Shown here piece by piece: positions 9,594 to 19,322 of a stretch of 56,176 bases of DNA. The notes under the pieces were generated by a model that was not told where the DNA came from, did no database searches, and saw only the letters and a program-made list of their open reading frames with translations. The position numbers and the translations under genes are program-made. Source of the stretch: an uncultured virus (IMG/VR IMGVR_UViG_2061766007_000215) (taxonomy: Duplodnaviria; Heunggongvirae; Uroviricota; Caudoviricetes); the IMG/VR virus record IMGVR_UViG_2061766007_000215; one strand, 5' to 3'. Within the stretch, counting starts at the first letter, position 1, and every line of letters starts with the position of its first letter.

Positions 9594-10376
9594 ATGTGTG
9601 TTATAGCGTTCCAAACTAAAGAACAGCCATTCCTTACATATGATGAAGTCAAAGAAATGGCTCTGACTAATCCTCATGGGATGGGTCTTATGTGGCAAGA
9701 TGGAAAGACAATTCAGTACAGAAAAGGATTTTTTAATGTCAATAAGTTTTATGATTTTTATTGTGAAGTTAAAAACAATCCTAAAACAGGTGATATAGCC
9801 TTACATTTCCGTATTGGTACAGGTAGTAATATTGATGGTGCTAATTGTCATCCGTTCCCTATTACAAGCGTTCCTAAACGTATTAAATCACTTAAAGGCA
9901 CTTGTGATGTTGGGGTGATGATGAACGGCATAATTGGTTCATCTACAAAAGAATTTTCAGATACCGCACTTTATGTTATGAAAAACTTAAAAGAATACTA
10001 CGATATAGACCGCAGATTCTTTTTACATTTTTCAAAACGTGGTGAAATGCTTTTTGAAAATGAGATTCACGGCAATCGTTTTGTTCTTATGAGTAAAGAA
10101 GGTACAAAATTGTTTGGTGTGGGTTGGAGTGATTATGAAGGTAAGGCGATGGTATCAAACCGACATTGGATTCCTGTTAAACATTCGTTTGATTGGTATT
10201 CTTATATGTATGGTGATGATATATACTATGGTAATAGTAATTCATCAAGTAAAAGTAAATCATATGATTCATATGATTCATGGTATGTAAACCAAAGAGC
10301 AAAAAGATTTGCAAAAAAGAAAAATGAAACTAGACACAAAAGTTATATTGATGAACTTATGGAGAGTGTGGTGTAA
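9594..10376 (+). CDS. Class II (Ntn) glutamine amidotransferase
   Basis: N-terminal MC, NPHGMG, HFRIGT, NCHPF, NG and SDT motifs. Confidence 0.85.
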   Translation: MCVIAFQTKEQPFLTYDEVKEMALTNPHGMGLMWQDGKTIQYRKGFFNVNKFYDFYCEVKNNPKTGDIALHFRIGTGSNIDGANCHPFPITSVPKRIKSLKGTCDVGVMMNGIIGSSTKEFSDTALYVMKNLKEYYDIDRRFFLHFSKRGEMLFENEIHGNRFVLMSKEGTKLFGVGWSDYEGKAMVSNRHWIPVKHSFDWYSYMYGDDIYYGNSNSSSKSKSYDSYDSWYVNQRAKRFAKKKNETRHKSYIDELMESVV

Positions 10377-10532
10377 AAACCACACTCTTTTTTATACGTC
10401 ACAACAGAACATATATTCACGGCAGCGGGCGCACAAAATATTATAATATTTTTTTATTTAAAAATTACAAAAAAAGGTATTGACATTTATTTTTGTCGGT
10501 AGTATAATTATATATATAAAGGAGGTAATACT

Positions 10533-10850
10533 ATGAGAAACTTAGAAAGAGTAATTATAATTTTGAAATCGGTTTTTGTTACTATGTTAATTATTGGGTT
10601 ATTATTTTTTGTTGCCTATAATGAAACTCATTATTCTAAGACGGGAACCGTAACTCAATGTGATGGAGTTAGCACATTTAAAGACCACTATGGAAATCAA
10701 TATGATTTTTATACAGATGATATAATACCTATTAATGCAAATGTTCAAGTTAAATTTTATACTAATAATACACTTGATAATATTAGAGATGACGAACTTA
10801 TTGATTATAAAGTTATTGGTTATGTAGATGAAGTTAATTTAAGTTTTTAA
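10533..10850 (+). CDS. Membrane-anchored hypothetical protein
   Basis: N-terminal hydrophobic helix, own promoter. Confidence 0.75.
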   Translation: MRNLERVIIILKSVFVTMLIIGLLFFVAYNETHYSKTGTVTQCDGVSTFKDHYGNQYDFYTDDIIPINANVQVKFYTNNTLDNIRDDELIDYKVIGYVDEVNLSF

Positions 10851-11783
10851 AAACGAAAAACAAAAACACATTTCATTTTTAAAACAGAAAACAATTTTTG
10901 TTTTCTGTTTTTTATTTCATTTGAATTTTTAATTTTTATTTTTTAATTTATGTTTATAAATATTANNNNNNNNNNNNNNNNNNNNNNNNNNNNNNNNNNN
11001 NNNNNNNNNNNNNNNNNNNNNNNNNNNNNNNNNNNNNNNNNNNNNNNNNNNNNNNNNNNNNNNNNNNNNNNNNNNNNNNNNNNNNNNNNNNNNNNNNNNN
11101 NNNNNNNNNNNNNNNNNNNNNNNNNNNNNNNNNNNNNNNNNNNNNNNNGATAATGTTTAAATATTGTAATATTATTTATATCTACAAAACCAAATTTACT
11201 TTGTTGATAAAAAAAATATTATAATATTTTTAATTTTGATTTTTTATTTTTTTTCGAATATATGTTCGGTTGTTGTTTTTGATTTTAATTTTTAGTTTCT
11301 AATATGTATATATATACTTATAACTTACATATTGGTATCAAATTTCAATTTTTATATTTCGTTTGTATATTTATATACCTAAGTATAATAAATTGAAATA
11401 TGAGCCAAATATGAGTTTTTAATTTTGATTTGATATTATAACGCATATTTCGTTTTTAATTTTGGTTTTTAATTATCTATTTGTATCTTACTGCTCTATT
11501 ATATATACTATAACAGATACCATATCTCATCTATATACAGTTGTATTACTTTGGCAAAGTTCGAGAAATTTATATATACGGAAGCGGTAGATTCAGAACC
11601 CGTTTTTATTTTCAGTTTTTGATTCTGATTTTTGAATTGGGAAAATATTATAATATTTTTGCCGATAATATTCTAGTTTTAAATAGTCAAAAATATTATA
11701 ATATTTTTTAATATATAAAAACAAAAAGAAAACCGACTTTTGCAAATCGGTTTTCTGATTTTGATATTCATTTTTAATTTTTA

Positions 11784-11960
11784 TTATTCATAAAGTTTAA
11801 AATTAATATCTGATTCAACAACCTCTCTCCATTCTTCTATGCCTTTAAGAGCATCAGCATCGCCTCTCTGAGCATCATTCCTTGCCTGTTCTACAATCGC
11901 CGCTAAAAGTGCCGTATAGCCTACTCCGTTAAGAATATAATTTTTGTTTGTGTTTTCCAT
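11784..11960 (-). CDS. Small hypothetical protein (start MENT)
   Basis: AAGGAG RBS; terminator 11727-11756. Confidence 0.65.
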   Translation of the reverse strand: MENTNKNYILNGVGYTALLAAIVEQARNDAQRGDADALKGIEEWREVVESDINFKLYE

Positions 11961-12022
11961 TTTTAATTCTCCTTTTTGATTTTTAAAATATTGTAATGTT
12001 TTTGTTGTGGTACTTTGGGGAA

Positions 12023-12850
12023 TCAATCCCCAAAGTACTTAGTTGCTATGTTGACTATCTCTTTACCCGCTTTACTTGCCACCTCTTTTCTATTTATACT
12101 ACTAAGTGAATCCTCTTGGAAATCATAACATTCAAGGAAAAATCCAACCTCACGCCAAAACTTAATTACGTTCATGAACTGATGACGTTCTTTGATTCTC
12201 GGTAAACGAAACTCTATCGTATTATCATGTTGAACGTTTACAAAGTTCGAATGATTTTCGGGATAACTATTATTGTCGATTTTGCAAGCGTAATGTCTAA
12301 AATTAGAACCGAATTTTGAAATTATCCACTCACTATCATGACTACTGATATAGTAGTAAAGCGGTAAAAATATCGAATGATAGTAACGTCTGATATACTC
12401 TATCTTGCTTGTGCTTGTGTGTATATGTGCGCCTGTATTGCTTGTAAAGTATACAAAAGCATCTTCGTTATTCTGTAATACTTTTGAAATGTGCGCAAGT
12501 CCTCGCATCTTCGGACTAGGTGCTTCACCACCACACACGGTGCAATCCGATTCGAAACAATACCCGACACGTTCAAGCGTACCTCTAAAACGCTGGTATA
12601 TCTCATCTTGTATATTGGCGTCAACTTCTATCTCGACACCTACTAATTGATTTGTAAGTGGCATTTTTTTATGCGTACCGATATAGTCGGCTCTGTATGT
12701 ATCACTATCGTGATACTCTTCGAAACTAAGTGCATGGTCATCGCAAAATACACGCATTCCTCTTCCTCTCACGTAACGACGGAAACCGTTACCACCTTCG
12801 ACTACACAATTACATACTAAGCAATGTCCTCTGTTAATGTTACGTTCCAT
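12023..12850 (-). CDS. Putative amidoligase (COOH-NH2 ligase type 2) with N-terminal Zn-binding motif
   Basis: GVEIE, ESDCTV, EAPSP, GAHIHTS and TIEFR motifs. Confidence 0.75.
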   Translation of the reverse strand: MERNINRGHCLVCNCVVEGGNGFRRYVRGRGMRVFCDDHALSFEEYHDSDTYRADYIGTHKKMPLTNQLVGVEIEVDANIQDEIYQRFRGTLERVGYCFESDCTVCGGEAPSPKMRGLAHISKVLQNNEDAFVYFTSNTGAHIHTSTSKIEYIRRYYHSIFLPLYYYISSHDSEWIISKFGSNFRHYACKIDNNSYPENHSNFVNVQHDNTIEFRLPRIKERHQFMNVIKFWREVGFFLECYDFQEDSLSSINRKEVASKAGKEIVNIATKYFGD

Positions 12851-12877
12851 GATAAAATCCTCCTTGGCTTGTGTAAA

Positions 12878-12893
12878 TGTTTCACGTGAAACA
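12878..12893. promoter_or_regulatory. parS: parS (ParB/Spo0J binding site)
   Basis: TGTTTCACGTGAAACA, perfect match to the bacterial parS consensus. Confidence 0.8.
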
Positions 12894-13340
12894 TTTGTGT
12901 TATTTGGTTTTGAAAATGTTTTATTTAACTTTCATTTTCTGAGTATATTATAACATTATTATAATATTTTTGCAATACCCCAAAAAACCGCGTAAAATCA
13001 ACGATTTTTAGTTATCATATGCTAACAATTAAGGGTAATAAAATGGACTCAATTAGGGGAGGGCGGGGGATGGTGTTAGTTTAGAATAACATGAACTGTT
13101 GAAAATGGCGTAAATACGGGGCTTTTTTTGAGGTTTCGTTTGAAAAAATTTTTGGAAGTCGAGTGTAGCACTTACATCCCCAACTCACCAACTCAAATTT
13201 CAAAACAGGGGGCATAATTTCAAGAATAAAATATTATAATAAAACACCAACTCACTTATACATAAAAAAAAGTAAAGATATATTTCAATCTTTACTTTCA
13301 CTATTTTTACATTATTCAGTATTTTACTGAAATTTAATAT

Positions 13341-13583
13341 TTACTGAAACCTATTCAAATGCTTTTCAAGAGTTTCATTCATAATTTTAATCTTTTCCCT
13401 CATATCGTCAACACTAACCATATCAAGAAACACTTGATGTAAAACATCGGTAAGTACACTTAAATCTTCCTGTATTTGCGCTACATCATGATTATTTTCT
13501 TCATCTCTCTCACTAAATCTCATAACCACATTATTAATATCTTTCAGCGCATCAATCCCACTATTTAAAAGTTCTCCTGTCAT
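13341..13583 (-). CDS. Hypothetical helical protein
   Basis: AAGGAG RBS. Confidence 0.7.
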   Translation of the reverse strand: MTGELLNSGIDALKDINNVVMRFSERDEENNHDVAQIQEDLSVLTDVLHQVFLDMVSVDDMREKIKIMNETLEKHLNRFQ

Positions 13584-13593
13584 ATTATTCTCC

Positions 13594-13947
13594 TTATTCT
13601 ATAATCTCAATAGGATAACCTAATTCATTTTCAATTTCTTCAATGGTCATATGACGAATTTCTTTAATATTGATAAGTGCCTCAGTTCTAACAAGAAATG
13701 CCTGTGTATTACTATAATTACTCGGCTCAGCAATAAGTGCTTTATCATCTGCTACGGCAAGAACTTCATATTCAAATGGGTCTTTTTTTCCTGTGTCACT
13801 ATTATACATATCATAATTTCGACTATCACCATAAGCATATCTAATCATTAATTGAGAATGAATATCATTCCGTATAAACCAATCCATAGCACAAGAATAA
13901 CCTTCTCCCCAATCTTTAACCTTAACAATATCTCCTACTTTAATCAT
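13594..13947 (-). CDS. Hypothetical phage protein (KVGDIV start; MTIEEIENELGYPIEII tail)
   Basis: ORF, RBS, common phage C-terminal motif. Confidence 0.7.
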   Translation of the reverse strand: MIKVGDIVKVKDWGEGYSCAMDWFIRNDIHSQLMIRYAYGDSRNYDMYNSDTGKKDPFEYEVLAVADDKALIAEPSNYSNTQAFLVRTEALINIKEIRHMTIEEIENELGYPIEIIE

Positions 13948-14277
13948 TATCTCTCTCCTTAATCGGCTCAACCTTATTTAACTCGTCATCTAAAGTTGAC
14001 ATAACATTCTTAATACTTTTCTGCATTTCTGATATATTTTTAGTCATATCATTCAGACAATGAATTATAACACAAAACTGCGCTAACATATCTTTAATCT
14101 GATAATCACCCATTATTATACCACCTTTCCATACATAAAAGAAACTCTTCTTTTGTCATAATTCTTTCATCGTGATATATCTGTTCTGTTTCATATATAC
14201 GTCTATAAAGAACATCGTTTTTAATAAATATTTCATCGGGTTTACCGAATACCCAACATCCACCTACATTCATTTTA

Positions 14278-14481
14278 TTATTCTCCCAATTCATAATATG
14301 GCTCATCAAGCCAATCCTTAACATTCTTGACTACATTCTCATTATACCACTCTTTTGTGGAATTGTCAACCTTTTCTTTAAGATAATCTTTATGGATTGC
14401 CTTTTTAATAATCGCACAAAATACTTCCGCAAGATTTTGATTATCCATATTTCTAACTATATCACCATATGTAACTAACAT
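14278..14481 (-). CDS. Small hypothetical protein
   Basis: Operon packing, GGAG RBS. Confidence 0.6.
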   Translation of the reverse strand: MLVTYGDIVRNMDNQNLAEVFCAIIKKAIHKDYLKEKVDNSTKEWYNENVVKNVKDWLDEPYYELGE

Positions 14482-14985
14482 TTAAATTCTCCCAATTACT
14501 TTTTCTTCAATTTTTGTTTCGTATTTCTCTATTTGTTTACGATTGAGTTCAATTCTAATATCCTCATAATTATTAGAACTGCGCAAAATTCTCCATTTAC
14601 TATTATGTCTATGTTTATTTTTACCCCATAAAATATAAGATTTAACTTCTTTTACTTCTCTTACAGGTAAAGATAAAGCCCATTCATAAAGATTTTTAAG
14701 AAATTCTTGACGACTTTCTTCATTATTACCACTCCAATAAAAACACGTTCTATATTTTGACGAATCATAGGATTTTGGATATTCTAAAAACTTATAAGGA
14801 GATTTAAATGCTATATAACCATTCCAATGTCCATTTTCATTTAAATGACCTTCACAACAAGCATATGTAAAATAATTTTTAGAATTAAGTTCAATAAGAA
14901 TATTCCACATACCCTCATCAATATCTGTTACTTTATCAATAGAGATATTAAGTATTTTTGCTAATTTGTTAGCGGTTTTATTCAC
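14482..14985 (-). CDS. Protein with Tyw3-like N-terminal motif
   Basis: IDxxMxxILxxLNxKxYxTxxCCEGH resembles the Tyw3 TxSSCxGH motif. Confidence 0.45.
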   Translation of the reverse strand: MNKTANKLAKILNISIDKVTDIDEGMWNILIELNSKNYFTYACCEGHLNENGHWNGYIAFKSPYKFLEYPKSYDSSKYRTCFYWSGNNEESRQEFLKNLYEWALSLPVREVKEVKSYILWGKNKHRHNSKWRILRSSNNYEDIRIELNRKQIEKYETKIEEKVIGRI

Positions 14986-15173
14986 TAAATCACCTCTCTT
15001 AACTTTTCCATTTCAACATCTAACATATCACCAAATTGTAGTTCTTTATTATCTTCAACCGCCTCAAACACCATACGCTGATAATTTCTTTTAGCGGAAT
15101 CGTGACGTTTCATATTCGATTGATAGACCGCCTCAACTACATATTCATTTGGCACAAATCCACATCTATACAT
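14985..15173 (-). CDS. Small hypothetical protein
   Basis: Translationally coupled ORF. Confidence 0.6.
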   Translation of the reverse strand: MYRCGFVPNEYVVEAVYQSNMKRHDSAKRNYQRMVFEAVEDNKELQFGDMLDVEMEKLREVI

Positions 15174-16237
15174 TATACCGCCACTCCATTTACTGTTCCT
15201 ATTACCGCATTAGAACAAAGCCTATTTGATGTTATTATACCATAATGTAAACCATTTGCATTTGTCAAGCCACAGTTAACCGTAACAGGAATCGTTGAAT
15301 TAATTGAATTAACATCAAGTGTAATACCTTCTGTATTAGTATTATCTACTGTCGCAGTTACTCTTTCAGTAAAATATTCCTTTTCAAATATCTTAGCCAT
15401 CTTACGACCTGCCTTAATAGCCGCCTGTTCATTACACCCACGGCTAATATAAAACGTGTTAAGAGCCTTAAAAATCTTCTTAAATGTCTTTAAGAATCTC
15501 ATATACTGTACCGCACTTGTAAATCTAGGCATACGGATTTCAAGTGTATAGCGGTGCTGAATATTTATCCAATTTTCATGTCTATCGGGGCATGAATAGG
15601 AAAGTGACCTGTTATAATTCTCAAAATCTCTACCAAAAATTTCTTCACGCTTTTCCGCAGACATATTATTAATCATATCATTAAGGGGCTTGAAAAGATT
15701 TTCATAATGTTCATAAAGGTTTCTAAAATCATAATGATTATCAATAAACCCATAATGAGTATGAATACCGCAGTTCTCATTGTTTACTGAAAACTGATAG
15801 TTATGGTTATTATTCATGTATTCAATAGCCCCGACAATCTTAGCAAGTGGCAACTCACTTGTGTAAATAGGACTTTTATACTCAATATCTACTGTGCTAT
15901 CATAAGTCGGCAGAAACTTATTCTTTACAAAATAAGCCCTTGCACTTGTAGACCTACCCATAGATTCAAGTTCTATAGATATTGAAATACCATCAGCGTT
16001 TCCCTTGCCTACTCTAATAGTGTTTTCATCACTATAATCATTAAGGTTATTTTTACCTCTATGTGCGCTACACATCCACACACCATTCTTCTGACTAGGT
16101 ATGGTAACTCTCTTACCTCCAAGCGCAATACTTGTTACAGTACCGCACTCTACACAATGACCACTTGTAGGACGACCATTCTGTGAGTTCATAGGATTTG
16201 TTCTATAGTTCTTATAATTAAGTGTTGTATTCGGCAT
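15173..16237 (-). CDS. Second putative amidoligase (COOH-NH2 ligase type 2) with N-terminal Zn-binding motif
   Basis: SIELES, DSTVxxEYKSP, CGIHTH and TLEIR motifs; own promoter. Confidence 0.7.
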   Translation of the reverse strand: MPNTTLNYKNYRTNPMNSQNGRPTSGHCVECGTVTSIALGGKRVTIPSQKNGVWMCSAHRGKNNLNDYSDENTIRVGKGNADGISISIELESMGRSTSARAYFVKNKFLPTYDSTVDIEYKSPIYTSELPLAKIVGAIEYMNNNHNYQFSVNNENCGIHTHYGFIDNHYDFRNLYEHYENLFKPLNDMINNMSAEKREEIFGRDFENYNRSLSYSCPDRHENWINIQHRYTLEIRMPRFTSAVQYMRFLKTFKKIFKALNTFYISRGCNEQAAIKAGRKMAKIFEKEYFTERVTATVDNTNTEGITLDVNSINSTIPVTVNCGLTNANGLHYGIITSNRLCSNAVIGTVNGVAV

Positions 16238-16317
16238 TTGTTTTGCCCTCCCTTTCATTTGATAAGTCAATTATATCATACTTGTTTTTAAATGTCAATA
16301 CTTAAAATATATTTTCT

Positions 16318-16563
16318 TTAAAAATCTTCGGGGCGTGGTATATATTCTTTATAATAAGGACAAATCTGTTCTTCTACAGTATTCCATTCTTCCCCATAAG
16401 TCCAAACTCTATCTATTATATTTTCTAACTCTTCATCAGATACCTCAAATGCGGGTTTATCAAATTCCCCTATAATACATTCATGTTCATCGGGCGACCA
16501 ATAATCATTACTATACCATACTTTATGACATACACAGTTCTTACAACCATAGTTTCCACACAT
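16318..16563 (-). CDS. Small Cys-containing acidic protein
   Basis: ORF with own promoter. Confidence 0.65.
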   Translation of the reverse strand: MCGNYGCKNCVCHKVWYSNDYWSPDEHECIIGEFDKPAFEVSDEELENIIDRVWTYGEEWNTVEEQICPYYKEYIPRPEDF

Positions 16564-16708
16564 TTAACTTACCTACCTTTCAAGTTTGTGCTTTAATTTT
16601 ATCATATTAAAGTCAAAATGTCAAGATATATTTCAAAAAAAAATTTTTTTACTTTAACGAATAGTTATGTATTGACATTCTTATATAAGTATGGTATAAT
16701 ATCGGTGT

Positions 16709-17689
16709 ATGGAAATTGCACAGAATAATCAAATTGAATATAACACGCCACTTAAATATAAAGAAATATGCGCTTTGTTTAATGATGCCCCTAATAATAG
16801 TGGTTCAAAAGGGCGCAGTTTACAATTAAGAAAATGGCAACAGTATTATGATATAGAAAAAGTCGGAATGTATTATTACATTAAACGTAAATATGATGAT
16901 ACTGAATTAGACCTTATTGAGAATAGCGGTAAATATACTAGTTATATAACCGATAGATTGCTCGATTATTTGTCGTGTGTCAAAGATAAGGAAATAACTT
17001 TGTCGTTTTATGATATTTATGAATTGACCACTATGGTTAATGAGAAATATCACAAGGGTAAGAATAATCTACATACACAGGATAAATGCGCAGAGGTGCA
17101 AAAATTTCACCTTAATTTAGGTAATGATGTGCAGAATAACTTGGGGCTTAGTAATGAGCGTATGATAAGCGTGGGCTTATATACGTTCTTTAAGGTGTCG
17201 AATAAATTATTACGACAGAATGTATACAATGCACTCAAGTCTATGCAAAGAAAAGGGCTGATAATTTTCCATGATAGTTTTATCCTGTATAAGAAGCCCA
17301 CGAAATGTGCTGATGGTCAAGTTATTTATCACACGCCTTATGTCTGCTCTAATGCGGAAATCAGTAAGATACTCGATTTTAAGTCTGAGAGTCTTAGGTA
17401 TTGCGGTCTGAGTACCCCTAAAGAGTTATATTGTGCTAGTATTGATACTCAAAACAAATATTATGAGCATTTATTGGGTTTGATTAAACGTGAGTTTGGA
17501 TATGACAGTTATACAAATGCCGTTAGGATTATTCTTGGTAATAAGGCTATCGAACATGAAATACGTTTTAATAAGAGTAATAGATTAAATGAGAATGTTC
17601 AGAAACAAATGATTGAGAATAAAGAAATGAGTCAAAAGATTGTTAATTATTTAACTAATCAATTTGTAGGGGAGTATGTTAAGATTTGA
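16709..17689 (+). CDS. Hypothetical 326-aa protein, possibly DNA-binding or replication-related; apparently leaderless
   Basis: TTGACA 16672 and TATAAT 16695, ATG ~8 nt after the -10, no SD. Confidence 0.7.
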   Translation: MEIAQNNQIEYNTPLKYKEICALFNDAPNNSGSKGRSLQLRKWQQYYDIEKVGMYYYIKRKYDDTELDLIENSGKYTSYITDRLLDYLSCVKDKEITLSFYDIYELTTMVNEKYHKGKNNLHTQDKCAEVQKFHLNLGNDVQNNLGLSNERMISVGLYTFFKVSNKLLRQNVYNALKSMQRKGLIIFHDSFILYKKPTKCADGQVIYHTPYVCSNAEISKILDFKSESLRYCGLSTPKELYCASIDTQNKYYEHLLGLIKREFGYDSYTNAVRIILGNKAIEHEIRFNKSNRLNENVQKQMIENKEMSQKIVNYLTNQFVGEYVKI

Positions 17690-18780
17690 ATGGGGATTAG
17701 CGTTGGTTATTGATTTATTGGAATGGGGATTAGAGTAATTGGACTACTATATATTGTATAGTAGTCTTTTTTATTTTATTGATTTATACTATATGTTGTA
17801 ATTTTAGGTTATAATTTGGGTGAGTTTAGGACTCTTGGAGTTTGGTTGTGTGTAAGTGTCACAGACCCCACCTAACCCACCCTTTCTCTTTACACGGCTT
17901 TCTCTTTCCCACCCCAAAATCCACGTTAAAAAATGCACAAGTGTTATATACAATATAACCAAATAACTATATAATAAATTAGTAATATTATACAAATATA
18001 TAAATATTAAAATATTATTAAAATAGTAATATAATACCTGTATAAATAAAAATCAAAAATAAGAATTAAAAATAGAAAATATTATAATATTTATATAAAT
18101 AATCANNNNNNNNNNNNNNNNNNNNNNNNNNNNNNNNNNNNNNNNNNNNNNNNNNNNNNNNNNNNNNNNNNNNNNNNNNNNNNNNNNNNNNNNNNNNNNN
18201 NNNNNNNNNNNNNNNNNNNNNNNNNNNNNNNNNNNNNNNNNNNNNNNNNNNNNNNNNNNNNNNNNNNNNNNNNNNNNNNNNNNNNNNNNNNNNNNNNNNN
18301 NNNNNNNNNNNNNNNNNNNNNNNNNNNNNNNNNNNNNNNNNNNNNNNNNNNNNNNNNNNNNNNNNNNNNNNNNNNNNNNNNNNNNNNNNNNNNNNNNNNN
18401 NNNNNNNNNNNNNNNNNNNNNNNNNNNNNNNNNNNNNNNNNNNNNNNNNNNNNNNNNNNNNNNNNNNNNNNNNNNNNNNNNNNNNNNNNNNNNNNNNNNN
18501 NNNNNNNNNNNNNNNNNNNNNNNNNNNNNNNNNNNNNNNNNNNNNNNNNNNNNNNNNNNNNNNNNNNNNNNNNNNNNNNNNNNNNNNNNNNNNNNNNNNN
18601 NNNNNNNNNNNNNNNNNNNNNNNNNNNNNNNNNNNNNNNNNNNNNNNNNNNNNNNNNNNNNNNNNNNNNNNNNNNNNNNNNNNNNNNNNNNNNNNNNNNN
18701 NNNNNNNNNNNNNNNNNNNNNNNNNNNNNNNNNNNNNNNNNNNNNNNNNNNNNNNNNNNNNNNNNNNNNNNNNNNNNNNN

Positions 18781-19321
18781 GAGAGAATTGGAGGGGTGTG
18801 GGTATGGGAATATAGTAAGTTATACTAGTAGACCTATTCGTGAAAACGAAGTTGATGGGATAGATTATAATTTTGTAAACCGTAGTCAGTTTGAAAAAAT
18901 GATAACAACAGAACAAATGATAGAATATAGAACTTATAATACATTAGTTAATAATATACCCGATAAGTGGTATTATGGATTAAAAAAAGAAAAATTAGAC
19001 CCGAAAGGGTGTTATGTTGTAGTTCTTGATTTAGATGGAACTGAAAACTTTATTAAGTATTATGGCAAAAAGAATTGCTATGTTGTATATATGTGTTGTC
19101 CTAAAGAAGAAAGAAAACGTAGGGCGATAGAACGTGGTTCATTTGATATTACAGAATGGAATAGACGTGTATCGGCTGACGAAAAAGATTTTAAGGCTAA
19201 GAAACTCAATAAATTTACGGATTTTACAGTTGTTAATATGAGTGATGATATTAATGATATACCGAAAATAGCAAAGATACTTAATAAAATGTATATTGAA
19301 AAGTTTAATAAGGAGAATTAA
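18781..19321 (+). CDS. gmk: Guanylate kinase-like protein, copy A (5' end in gap)
   Basis: VSYTSRPIRENEVDGIDYNFV and WYYG motifs. Confidence 0.85.
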
Positions 19322-19322
19322 T

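Larger units (their letters stand above)
5037..10508 (+). promoter_or_regulatory. Series of consensus sigma-A promoters, one per gene cassette
   Basis: TTGAC(A/T) at 5037, 5249, 6012, 6222, 6587, 7745, 8488, 9036, 9523, 10480; the last nine have a 17-bp spacer to TATAAT/TAATAT/TATACT/TATAGT/TATATT, most with extended TG. Confidence 0.9.
4531..11705. repeat. Dispersed 14-bp palindrome AATATTATAATATT (often AAAATATTATAATATTTT)
   Basis: Perfect copies at 4531, 4967, 5004, 5940, 5970, 6427, 6471, 7570, 7692, 8297, 8402, 8443, 8955, 9421, 10437, 11215, 11644, 11692, plus 18078 and many near-matches; all intergenic. Confidence 0.95.

Noticed and set aside
4531..11705. Palindrome array as a CRISPR array
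   Set aside because: Repeat is only 14-18 bp, spacing is irregular with whole genes between copies, and no cas genes are present
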